From NCBI GenBank assembly GCA_964016885.1, contig OZ024743.1, positions 227,292,001 through 227,356,000 on the forward strand: 64,000 nt of DNA, written 5' to 3'. The stretch's first letter is position 1. Every line of letters begins with the position of its first letter. The translations under genes and the position numbers were made by a program. Source of the stretch: Eledone cirrhosa (lineage: Eukaryota). Under the pieces are notes generated by a model, which searched no databases, had not been told where the DNA came from, and saw only the letters and a list, made by a program, of their open reading frames with translations. Positions 51,516 through 64,000 of the stretch are shown here, in pieces.

Positions 51516-53853
51516 GTTGCTACTGTCGCTGCTGTTTAGACTCTAGTCATCTACCTTGATCGAGAAGACTAAGTCTCAAATAATTTCAGTTGTAACCGTC
51601 TCATTTCTTTGCTCATCTAAAATTACGTTCGCCCATAATTTTTTTTTTTTTTTTTTTTAATCCGTTGGGTGAAATTTTAAAGAGGATTTCGCTGCTGTTT
51701 CAAACAGCGACCACGTATAGATTCTTTCTTTGGCTCGATCAATGTTTCTTTTCATTCGATGTATTGTTTTGTTTATTTTTGTTAAAAAAAAAAATTGATC
51801 ATCTTTTTTGTAGATTGTCTTTCCTTGTCAGGGAAAACTGATAATAGTAAGATCTGTACGTTTTAACTTTGCATTTTATCAGATCTGCGCTTATAATACA
51901 AAATAATCACTTCCGGGTAGGGCGCTTCCTTTTGTTCAATGCCTGGATATTTACCCCTTTGTGCGAGTTAAAATAAGCTGTAAGTAGGTACTGGAGTATG
52001 ATTTAGTTCACAACAGTATGCTAAAAATAGAAAGCATTATCGAGTTTATACAAATATTTTCTTAACATATGGTGTGAACAAATACCTCACAGGACAACTA
52101 AGTAGATGCAGTATCTTAGTGTTATATATATATATACTCCCATACATGTGGGTTTTTGTGTGTGTTGGGGGGGGGGGCGTTTATATGAAGGTTCAAATCA
52201 CTTGTTGTTTAGCTGTATCCTTTTAGTTTCTTTTCTATTTTGAATAAAAAGTTTCTCTCACAGTCCAACCCTGACACATTTTCATCATATTTGACGTATG
52301 TTTAATTAATGATGCAACTGACATCATATAGAAAACAATCTACTCATTTCCTCATAAAACACAGACTTGCAAAAAAAATAAAGTTCCATTAAAATAATTA
52401 CAATAGAAAATAAATAAAATGAAAAATACGACGGAAACAACAGAGTGAAAAGAAAAATAATGTAAAGAGAATATTTCGCAATCTAAATGAAATGATTAAA
52501 TGTTTTTAAATGAATTGATTAAACAATTAATATTTAACAAAAATAAGTTCATTCTAATTGATAATCATTGACAACTCACACAGGAACAATTTGATGCAAC
52601 GGAGAATTTAAGTAAAGTTGATGATTTTGTTAAACATTTCAGCTGCCGTTCGAAGACAAACTGCCAATATGGTGAGGAATTTGTTATTGTAGAAATCAAT
52701 ACATGCTGAACATTAAATAGCCTTCGCTTTCATTCTGTTTTGCTATCTTAATTAATCCTTCTAGTCTCTAGGTATTGGTTTTTCGTCGTTTGCTAACACA
52801 ATGTTTTAGAGCAGGCTGTAGAGTGGGATGGTTGGATGTAAGGAAAGATGTTTGGATGGACGAGAGGTGGAAGAAAAAAAATTTATGTATTCTGCGTTGT
52901 GCAGAATAATCAAATGTAAGTTCCTAATGCAATCTCAAATGTGTTGAGACAAATTTCTCCATTGATCACGAAGACACAGTATTTAAAATATAAACAATAA
53001 ATAAAAAATATATACATAAAACAACAAACCTAAATATAAAATGAATCATTCTTTTCAAAGATAGATAGATAAATAAATAAATAAGCAATAGCCAAGAATT
53101 CTAATAAATGCTAAAATGACAGACTAAACCTATTGTGTTTGTTAGTTGCTTTGGTAAAATATTACCGTTTGGGAATTACAAATGACGGTGAGAAGTTCAT
53201 GAAAAGTCTTGCCTTAAATTCTGATTGACTTACGAAACAGTAACTCAAGAAAATTGATTTACGTTCGTCTCGTACACTCTAAAGATTTGTAGAGCAATAG
53301 AGAGCTCTGCTGCCATACACCAACGTCTGTCAGGATTGTGACACAGTAGTAGCAGTAGTGGGTTTTTTTAAGGCTGTGACTGTTGTTGCTGATGTTATTA
53401 TGTTTATTGTTATTGTGACTGCTGCTGTTTAGCCCCAATTCAGCTTTGAGAGGAACATATGAAAGGGATTCAGCCAAGAATCATCCAACATTTTTTTCCA
53501 ATCATTGTATACTCCGAACTACATTACTTGATGTTTTGTTTTTCATCTAAGACTCTAGGATGTGACTTGAGAACTATTTGGTTAGTAATTGTAGCATGTG
53601 ATATGACAATATGAAGGTTCACTCATTTGCTTGTCTGTGATGATGATGATGTTGTTTAGCACTTGGCCAGCATTGATCAGACAGACCTATTATGTAAAGA
53701 TTGTTAAAATGTGAAATTGTCTAAATCTTTTCTCCAAATCCAAATGCACCGAGAATCATTTTACAGAATGTGTCGTTTATAAGACCATATGGCGAGCTCA
53801 TAGAGATGTTCCATCCTTCAGACATCTTCCCTTGTGTAGTATAGAATCATAAT

Positions 53854-54034
53854 TGTTTCTACTTTAGGCACAAGGCCAGCAATTACCCAGTACATTACTG
53901 GTACTTTATATTATCGACCCCGTAAGGATGAAAGGCAAAGTTAACCTCGGCGGGATTTGAACTCAGATTGTAAAGGGACGTAACTATGCTAGAAAACATG
54001 GCATCCAACCCTCTACCGATACTGCCAATTCACC
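53854..54034 (-). mobile_element. Near full-length tRNA-derived SINE with 15-bp TSD
   Basis: GTATAGAATCATAAT at 53839-53853 and 54035-54049. Confidence 0.9.
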
Positions 54035-57000
54035 GTATAGAATCATAATGAAGTCAGCATACACATATTGCACTATAACTCCACATAAAGAAATGCTAGA
54101 ATATTATAAAGCCTCTACCTAGATCTGCATGTATATGATACATTTCAGCGGAAGATATAAAATATGAAAATCGACTTTCATAAGTAGTGGTCTCTACTGG
54201 TAGGAGTTTGTACTAAATCAAGTACATATTAATAGATGTTGTTTTAACACCAGCAAACAATGGTTAAGTACATTTATGAGCAAAGTCATTCCAGTCATTC
54301 TGTAGACATTATCTAGAACATTATCCAATGTGTCCTTTCATCCTTTAAAAATAGTATAGTGTAACCTGAGAAAGATTTGACAGCTATTTTTAGCATTACA
54401 AATGAACACGCAGAAACTCCCAATTGTGGTGAATATAATGAAATATCTTTCAGAAATCTTTGACTTGATATGAATTGCTATGAAAACACTTTTCGCATCC
54501 GGTTTCAATTCTCTGTTTAGTGTCAATGTCGCGAAGATCCATTGGGATAGGGGACTAATTTGTCAAAAGTAACATTTCAAGAAGATCTGGTATCATTTCT
54601 GGAGATCTAATTTTAATTTATCTTTTATAATTAAGTGCATTGGCAAGAGACACATCCCAACAGTGTTTCATTGAACATAAATTCATTAGCCTGAAACAGT
54701 AATGCAATATCTAGACCTTTCCCCCAAGGCATTGCCTGTTAGTATTAGTACGGACGATGTAACACTTTGATTGTCAGAAACGTTAGAGCGTTGAAAAATC
54801 CAGGCTTGATTTATTAGACTATATATGTGGAGTCGTGTGCTTTATATAGAAATTATTATTAGTTGGTTAGAGTGGCAAAATCGTTAGAGCACCGGGCAAA
54901 ATTCCTTGTCACATTTGTGCCAGCTTTTGATATTCTGAATTAAAATTTCGTCGAGGTCAACTTTCGCTTTTATAATTCCATGGTCAATTTAAATGTAGTA
55001 ACAAGCTTTGGGGTCTATCGAGGGTTGCAATATCTTATATGATCTCTTTTTTGACGATTTCCACTGCTCGAAGACGGCCTGATTCCTTTTCCTTCGAAAT
55101 TTAAGGTAAAAAAGCACGTGGCCTAGTGCTTAGAGTATTGATCGCTTGAAGGACCCAATTAAACTTGCATGGTTGTGAGCAGCGAATGTCACCTCTTTCC
55201 TCATTTCTTTTTCATGCTGGTTGGATTTGATTTAAAGATCTGGCTGCTTTTTCCAGCAGGTTACGTCACCTAGTTAGAGGGTTATTTCTTGACTGTCAAT
55301 ATAATTCTATGTATTAAATGCTTATAATGACTTTAGCACGATGTAATATCAATAAACATTTTCTTCACAATTTAATAGATATTGATTTCTAATTTAGGCA
55401 CAGCAAGATTATTGTGGCAGAAAAGGTTATTAGTCAATTATATTGATTTAATATATAATTATTGATTTCGAAGTAATGCTTAGAAAAGTATATCCCCGAA
55501 CGATATTAGTTGGGATTCCTGTGGGTCAAAATGTGCTACAACCAGATGGAACGATTCTGGGAACCCCGTACAATACGCTTAATTACCCTGACACTTCAGA
55601 TTTTCATTGATTGAACGGAACAGTCTGCTCGTAAAACTAACTTCTAAATCAATGATCATTACACAAACACGTATATTCTTAAGGTAATTTTCAGGGAGAT
55701 TCAGTATGACATAGTGTGTGATACAGCTGGCCCTTTGAATTACAAGTACAGCTCATTGTTGCTAACTGAGTCGACGGGAGGAACACAAAGTAAAGCGTCT
55801 GCCTCAAGTACAGAACTGAATACTGGGTAGCGAACCTATGAGCTTACGGTTGTTACCCGAACATTCTAACAACTAAGACACATGACTTCACAACGTTAGT
55901 ACTACAGAACTCCAAAATAACAAAGATCGTATACAGACGCCTTTACATGATCTTTCGACCTCCCACAAATAGCAGCCAAATTTTCATTATATCACACTTT
56001 GGATTTTGAAGTAAGGTGATATCTATATTGGAGGGCATAATGTGACATACACAATCACCGAATAAAAGACTCAATGATCATGGCTAGGATGCATTTATCA
56101 TACGTAAATTTAATAAGTGTTAAGCTGATACTTAACAGCGTCAACAATAAGAATTATTCTGTTATGGGCCGAATAAGATGCCTCTACATGGTCGCTTTAC
56201 CTGCTAGAATTAGCAGCCAAAATCACCCTCAGACCACACCCATTTTGAAGTAATTATGTCACGTCGGATAGTGTGATCAGACATATACTATTTGAAAATG
56301 TGTCAGACTTTGTGACGACTGAGACATATTTAAACAAAGTCTTATTTGATTAAAGCTGATCTTGGTTACACAACAATATTGATATTGATAATGGTGATTG
56401 TGTGGTGGTTAGAGGGATAATGATGAATATGACAAGGACGAGACGGATGATGTTGTTTTTATCGTTGCTTGTAGTGATAAGGATGACGTTGATAATGATG
56501 CTGTTGTTATATCATATATTTTTGCAACACATTCTCCAGAATAATGGTATGTTAGTCCTTGTGGAACCAACATATCCATATGCACAAAATACACACACAC
56601 CTATCGAATACTAAAGACCAATGTATGTCAATAGAATGCATTCTTGATGTATTCGTTAATATTCTGGTGCACTTAACAGTTATAGAAGCACCAAGAGGCA
56701 ACGTAAGCAGTTATGCAGTTCTACTTATGTGCATACACTGAAAACGCTTAATTATCTATTAGCATTACAATTCAAATGTGCATCAAATGAGCATCATCAT
56801 TGACAAGCCATTGAAATAGGTCTCTTAAAGATGTATAAGTAATAGCTGAGTGGAGAGCAATGCACATAACAAATGCACATATAAATGAACATACAAATTC
56901 ATATGCACAAATTAGACGCATGCATGTCTAATAACTGGACATTGCAGAAAAGTACATGCTATGAGTGCCATATTTGACTACGGACATGATGGTAAAATTA

Positions 57001-57638
57001 AGTGCGTCGTCTGCTGTCGTGTAGAGCGTGGTGTTAGAGAGGTGTACGGCTGGTGTGGTGTGTTGTGGGGTTGGTGTGATGTAGTGTGGGATTGTTATGG
57101 TTTGTTGCGGTCTGCTGGGGGAATAGTATGCTGTAGTGTAGTTTGGTGTGGTGTGGTAGAGTGTAATGGTGGCCTATTCTTCATTAGCATTCAACGCATC
57201 TCTACCTAACAAAAACAGAAGCAACAACAACAATAACAACGCTATTAACAACCACAACGTTACTGCCAATGGCAATAATGACACCAGCGATGACGACACT
57301 AAAAACAACAAAACCATTATCAACAACAACAACAACAACTATGTCATCATCATCAAATATACAATGAGTCATGTCGCCGCCACAACTGTGACACTATGCA
57401 AAATTGACCCTTACCATATCTCTCAGGGAACTGAATATTTCATTTCCTAGAACATTACTACCACCTCCACAGTAACAATCATCATAACCATCACTACCAC
57501 CACCACTATCGTCATCAATTTCTCCCCTACTACCACCACAACCACCAATATCATCATAATAGTCACATCCATCATTACCATCATTTTTTCTACTAGCATC
57601 TTTATATTTTTCTACTAATTCTACTGCCACTACTACTG

Positions 57639-57705
<67 letters not shown>

Positions 57706-59235
57706 CACTACTTCTACTACTCATAATACTACTACCACTACTACTACCATCACCACTACTACCATGTATACCCTTGCTCTCCCTACCACACTCAGACCTA
57801 CTAATTTACAATTGTGCGAGATTATTCTTTTTGTATCTTTATATTTTGCCTCATTAAAAGAATTAGCCGTAATAATTATCATTGTTGTTTTATCATTTCT
57901 ATTCTGAAATATTATATGTGCGTTGTTTTGGCGACGAAAGGGTTAATTATGGCCCCTGAGGACCGCATCCCATTTCTTATCTGCAAAATTTCTTGCATGC
58001 CAACGAAGGAGTGAATCTCTATGCTATCGATGGACTTGTTAGAAATAGTAGCCATATCTAGTTCATATCGAACCCTACTCTCTTAAATGTTTAGCAAAGA
58101 CTTTAATGGACAATATATTTGTTGATTCTCTGTCGGTACCGCGTGTATGTTTCAGCTGTTTGACCAAAGGATCAGCCTGCTTGTGAACTTAACTTGCAAA
58201 TGAATGAACATTTCTAAAGACACGCGTGTTCTTGACTTCGTTCTTAGGGAGATACATATTAACACTGCATATAAAAAATACGACACATTTTCTCCTGCAG
58301 AGCGAACTAAAACAAGTTGAATTATAATCTCTTGTCCAAGGACACAACAGAAATGGAACTCATGGGTCGTGAGCCAAAGATCTCGACCGCTAAGCCACGC
58401 ATTTTGCACACTAGCGTAACTCGAATACAAAAAAAAATACAAAAAGGGACAAAGATGATTATAACTTAGGCGTCTTGGTTCTGTGGCATTATAGACTGAT
58501 CTGGAGCTAAACTAGATCAAAAACAATAATTTTTACTTGTTTCAACTAACAAAGAAACCTCTAAGTGTTCACTTGATTAGTTATATATAGCAACCAATTC
58601 TCCCTCAAAACTCTCATACGCTTTTAACAAAAGAGACACTAGATAATATAATCACTCATATAAAGAGAAAAGAGTGCAGCAAGGTTTTCATGACAAGAAT
58701 TACTTTGATCGTATGTCTGGTACACGAGGGATGATATAGGAGAGGGTGGCTAAACAATAAAATCTACTAAAGTGTTTCACGACGAACTAAAAAGCTGTTG
58801 GTCAGAATACTAATAGGGTATGTTTTGTGTTTGGTCACTAACTGACAACAATTGGTGGTATTTAGTTATTATCACTAGAAAAGATGTGGGGGAAAGGAGA
58901 GGAGAGAAGGAGGAAGGAGTATGTGAGTAATAGTAACGATTATCTTATTTCATTGCTCTTTCGGGAGACTATGTAATTCTGCATTAAAAGGGTCAGAGAG
59001 GTCCGCCACAAAAGAGAAAAATATATATGAAAAAACAAAGAAAATAGAAAGAAAATGGCTTTGATATTAATGATATTCATGGTGATGATGATGGTAATGA
59101 TAATGATGGTATAAAAATGACCATGCGTACATTACCATAAAGAGATATTTAACATATTTCAGAAATATGCCCGTTTTCTCTTTATTCTTCGCTTCAAACG
59201 TGATGCAGTCGCATAACTACGATAATGATTAATAA

Positions 59236-59435
59236 TAATGGTTTCTGATTTAGGCACATGGCCAGCAATTTTGGGGGAGGGAAAGTCGATTAAATCGACC
59301 CCAGTGCGTGACTGGTACTTTATTTTACCGACCCCGTAAGGATGAAAGGCAAAGTTAACCTAGGCGGAACTTGAACTCAGAATGGCAAGGGCCGTAACTC
59401 TATGCCTCAAAGCATGGCGTCCGACCCTCTACCGA
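59236..59435 (-). mobile_element. tRNA-derived SINE abutting the (TTA)n tail of a Tx1 remnant
   Basis: Family core and tail on the minus strand. Confidence 0.85.
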
Positions 59436-59477
59436 AATAATAATAATAATGATAATAATAATAATAATAATAATAAT

Positions 59478-60330
59478 TACATTATTGCCCACGAGGGTTG
59501 AAACATAAAGGGCAATACGAAAACATGGACAGTGGGGGATGTACATTAAATGTATAAAAAAAAATAGGTAACAATTAACTACAAAATTAATAACAATAAC
59601 ATTCCTCAATAGGCGGTTGTACAACCGGTGGTAATTTACGAACCCTACAGATCTTAACCCAACATAATTTCCAAGAGCATGGGCGGGAAGCAGGTCTTTA
59701 TCCACCCTCATTTTCCTCTCCACGTGTAACTTGAAGAAGCTGATCAGGGCTCAACTGAAGGAGAAAGTATCTGTCTTCGGTCATTTCAGCCGCGTCCATT
59801 ACAAAACCTCTTTCGCTACAAACATCAGTCAGAGAAAAAGAGCCAGTCCTTCCCGGTTAAAAGAAGGTTGCGGTGCAATCTCCTAACAGTAAAGAGCACG
59901 ACATTCCCAGAAAAGTTTCCAAACGTCTGAAGAAACTCGGCCGCCCTACTGCAATGAAGGCGTGGGAGCCACCAGTATAATGGCACCACCCTCACTATTT
60001 TTTACATCCAGGGCCAACAACTTAACGTCTGAGTCTAAGAAAATAGTCCGTGCTTCGAACTCCACGCCTTTTCTAAACAACACTTCTAAGCCGCCTCCCA
60101 TTCCAGGATGATTAAGAGATGTATATATATCAAAATCATTAAGATTGGGAGCTCATACACACGTGTCGGAAATCCTGGTCTCGCTGACAACTGTCACTTG
60201 CATAGCTAATGATCTGAGGTCGTTGAGCAAGAGATCTTGCTTCCAGGGCGATCACAGGCCACATACATTTATGCAGCCTATTCTTGAAAATGTCATGTTT
60301 GGCGGAAAGAGGTCCGAGAAAGAAAGATAG
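59478..60330 (-). mobile_element. Internally deleted Tx1 element (EN start fused to ORF2 end and 3'UTR) with (TTA)n tail
   Basis: Minus strand MTFSRIGCINV..WKQDLLLNDLRSL..VSETRISDT, joined near 59880 to APQPSFNREGL..LINFFK-like C-terminus; CCCTCGTGGGCAATAA end. Confidence 0.85.
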
Positions 60331-62660
60331 AAAAAGACGTTGTCCGAACGAGTGGTACTATATGTCAGAAATCATCAATTTTCCGTCCTTGACTTCCGAG
60401 AAGACCAATAGTGCTTTCATAATATATAATAATTTACCCCGAACCGAAAAACCTGAGTAGCGATAGAGCATATCTATAACTTACAATAATACATAGGTAT
60501 GTGATAGTATGTATGTGTGCTTATGTCTGAGTGTATATTTCTCTGTGCATGAACTTGTGTCTACCAAACTATATATAACTATATATGGGGTATGTATGCT
60601 TGATCATGTATATATGCGTGGAAATGTATATTTTAGATTACTCCGTTTTCTCGGTGTGTTCAATATAATCTGGTAGTTTATACGTAAGACTAAAATCAAC
60701 AAAAAATAAGATATATAAATTACGTTTTTGTTTTTTTCTTTTCTTGTTTGTTATTGCCTGCAGACACTTGCCTAAAATATACATTGATATATTCTTAATC
60801 TCTGTTCGCTATCAGATTTGCTTCCGTTATGGCGTGTTAAACCCTAATTTTCTAGAAATATTCAGTTCGAGTTTGTTTATTCTTTCATTCTTTTCTTCTT
60901 TTGTTATTTCATTTTAGTTTTTTATTCCTTATTAGTTTTTCCTGTTGCAATGTTGCTTCTTTCGAGGCAAGAACTATGAGAACAACACCCAGAAAATATA
61001 ATAATTTTAAATTAGAATGCATGTAGTTTTTCTTACTTAGCTTAATTCTAATTTTTGTTATACTAACATCCACAATTTTGGTAGAATCGTGGACTACGAT
61101 TATCTTGAAATTAAAAGAAAAATAGTGGCTAAAATATAAAGAAAACTTACAAATTACATTTCAATTATTTAGAAGCCGCTAATATTGATTTCTTTTGAAT
61201 AAATCCACATCAAATCTAATATAGAACCAACGAAGGAGCCTCAATCAACCTTCTAGAAATATTACTAAATTCTCCTACCATGTTACATGACACCAATATT
61301 TAAAAAGAGGCACATTAGATGATGGAAAATCAATAACCCAAAGGATCGAATTAGAACATCGCTGATCAAAATTTGATTCGATCAGAGCTATCTTGGAGCT
61401 CTAACCAGAACAATAAAATGGAAATTTTGTAGGAATTATGCAGAAGATTTGAACTAACTGTTATTACTGGTACTTATTTTATTGATATACGATAGGTTTC
61501 AAACATTTAATATAGAAACAAGGAACTAACTATTGTCTAAATTGTTTGATTTCATACGAAGCACACACAGTATACTGCCGATGGTGAAAATGCTTGACAC
61601 GTTAATTAAGGTTGCGGATCCTGATCTTGAGTTCGATACACAGCGGTAGGTTGTGTCCTTGAACATGACAATTTATTTCGGGTTGCACCAGACACCTCAG
61701 CTGGTATGAGCTATATCTGTAATACAAGTGACCAGTCATGTCACACATTGTAGTATGCTGAATCTCCTAAGAAATAAGTTAAGATTACATGCGTGTGTGG
61801 AATCAAAATATTCAATGTTTATACTGGCGGATAAAATACCATATATGGTATTTGCTTCAATTCAAAGCTCATCGAGGATGACTTTGCCTATCACCCTTCC
61901 AGGACCGATAAAATAAATTATTATTATATTACCGCGGTCGAATAAATCACCTTTTCACTCTCGCAAAAATCACTAGCTTTATTCCTAAACTAGGAACCAT
62001 TATTCTTATGATTCCAATAGTTTTATATCAGATTCTATTGCAACTGCAGCCACAGCTGAAGTGCGTGAAACATTGTCGTTCGGAAGGGAAGCCCTCCATT
62101 TTATACTACATCACTTTTGCTTTGCACTGGGATTTAGTCTGTTCTTTCTGCTTTTGTATAGTGTTCTGGAATATTGGATGGTGATTATATTTCATATATG
62201 CTGCCTGGTTGAAATTATGTTTTAGTGCTGGACGGTGATTGTGACGAGTGAGAATGTATGGTATGTACACAATCGTGTTTGCAGTGGTTTACATTAATGA
62301 CTTGCAGCAGTGTAGAATGTAAAATATTGGAGTTATTTGTGATACATTATCAGCTATCATTTATATCAAATTGCTCGTTATATTATTTTGTTGGGCGGTT
62401 ATTGTATAAGGTATAATTTTATGCGGAGAGTGTGTATGTTTGAGCTTTGCTATTGAAATGAAACGTATTCCGGTTAGGATATGGATTGTACTAGTTCTCG
62501 TATGTAAAACAAGGTAAGGCATTACATTGTTGATGGATATAAGCCTGTTGCTTATAACCTTAGCTGCACGTACATACCTGTTTCAAATTGATCGAGTGTG
62601 ATTGTAATGAGTTATTGCTGCTTATTTACTGATGTGTTTATAACATCTGTTACGTTTAAA

Positions 62661-63345
62661 ATGCAGGAAAATATCGAACAACGTTACACAATCAAATTTT
62701 GAGTGAACCACAACAAATCTGCCACCGAAATATTTAATTATTTAACATGAGCTTCTGGAGATGTCATTCCATCAAGTTGAAAGATTTTTTATATTTTCAA
62801 AGAAGCTCGGGAAAATTTTGAAGATGCACTTCATTCTGGATGGCTAATCTCGTCAACAAATGAAAAAAATGTGAAAGTGATGCGGGCGGTGATGTTGAAA
62901 GATCGCCGATTAAGTGTTACGATGATTGCAGAAGAAACGAGCTTGGATAAAAAAAAATGTTGTTCATAGAATTTTAACAGAATATTTACACAAGTTAATA
63001 ATTTCTACAAAATTCGAGTCGGAACACAGTACTTTCAATTAGAGAATATTGGCGAAGAAAAATATTCCCATCACACTACAGCCAAGATCTAGTTCCATGT
63101 GATTCATAACGCTTCCCTAATTTGAAATAGAAATTGAAGAATCATCATAGTGTGACTGGAAAACATACAGAAAATTGTAACCAGCCAACTAAAGACACAC
63201 ACAGAAAATGACTTCCAATACTGCTAATATCAATGGCAAAAAAGTTGGAAACTGTGTGACTTCCCGAGGGCTGCATTTTGAAGGAAATAACGTTAATTTC
63301 ATGTACGTCTAAAATAAATTTAATTAAAACATCAGTACTCTTACC
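62661..63345 (+). mobile_element. Decayed mariner transposon (transposase remnant, internally deleted)
   Basis: MQENIEQRYTIKF..KSATEIF..FKEARENFEDALHSG..NEKNVKVMR..KDRRLSVTMIAEE; YSQDLVPCD (YSPDLAP.D) near 63077; HFEG near 63280. Confidence 0.8.
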
Positions 63346-64000
63346 AGCCCAGGTTTTACTTCCCGCCAGTCCGAAAAGTGCGAACTGTCCATGTATCGGC
63401 CACTCTATCATATACTTGTGGCTGACTCTGTAGCAGTGGAGAGGTCCGACGTTTTTGGATATCGGACCACATCCCTACTCACTGCTATCGGAGCAGAGGT
63501 GACTGCCCGCAGGAGCAAGCCCTGTGCGGTCGAGTGGCTCTTCCAGCATGTCTCCCTCTCCGGTATCTGGGGCAATGTTTGCTCCATCCTGTCGGCCGGG
63601 ACCAAGAGGTGGACGACATATTAGGGTAGATTATTCTATCATGTGAGACACCTTTAAGGCCATATAGTTATTTGAAACCTATCAGCATTATCTTTATGAA
63701 AAGTTTTATTTTCTTAGTATAGCTAATCTTATATTTTACAGTGTGCAATGTTATGAGTTCTGGTATAGCTTCTATGTTTTTGTTCAAACTTTTTTATCTA
63801 ATTTCATTTTGCCCTGTGGTATTCTTCTTTGTGTCTGTCATGATTCAATCTTTGATAGTCAGGAGAGGTATTTTTATTGTTGTCGGTACTATGGTCAGTT
63901 ATATTCTTGAGATGTTGCTAAGAACTTTCGTCGGTCCATAGAAAGATATTTTACTGTTTGCAATTCTTGAATATTTCCACCTGTCATTTTTTAGGATTCT

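Noticed and set aside
63420-63620. GC-rich patch with short ORFs
   Set aside because: Possibly a retroelement fragment, but no diagnostic motif could be read.

Overview
AT-rich eukaryotic (animal) non-coding DNA. The SINE families and very dense (TA)n/(CA)n/(GA)n microsatellites resemble an octopus-like cephalopod genome (inference, not verified). No intact host gene is evident; at most there are a few candidate microexons at 46-53 kb. Nearly all ORF-track entries are microsatellite artefacts or transposon remnants. Content: (i) decayed CR1-like, RTE and two Penelope-like (PLE) retroelements; (ii) two near-full-length Tx1-clade LINEs in tandem between (ATT)n tracts (32.3-43.8 kb), plus Tx1 fragments; (iii) many tRNA-derived SINEs and a mariner remnant. 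Main observation: the first 31.6 kb holds about 20 type I hammerhead ribozyme (HHR) motifs from roughly a dozen unrelated small elements, most embedded in (TA)n. Five are divergent inverted pairs with the same polarity. One (30505-31574) is a highly structured 470-nt unit with a textbook minimal HHR whose two arms both read through the monomer junction. This is what reverse transcription of a circular or multimeric self-cleaving RNA (retrozyme-like) would leave, plausibly using PLE enzymes. One family has a non-canonical CAGAAGA core. All folds were paired by eye; none is computed or tested.
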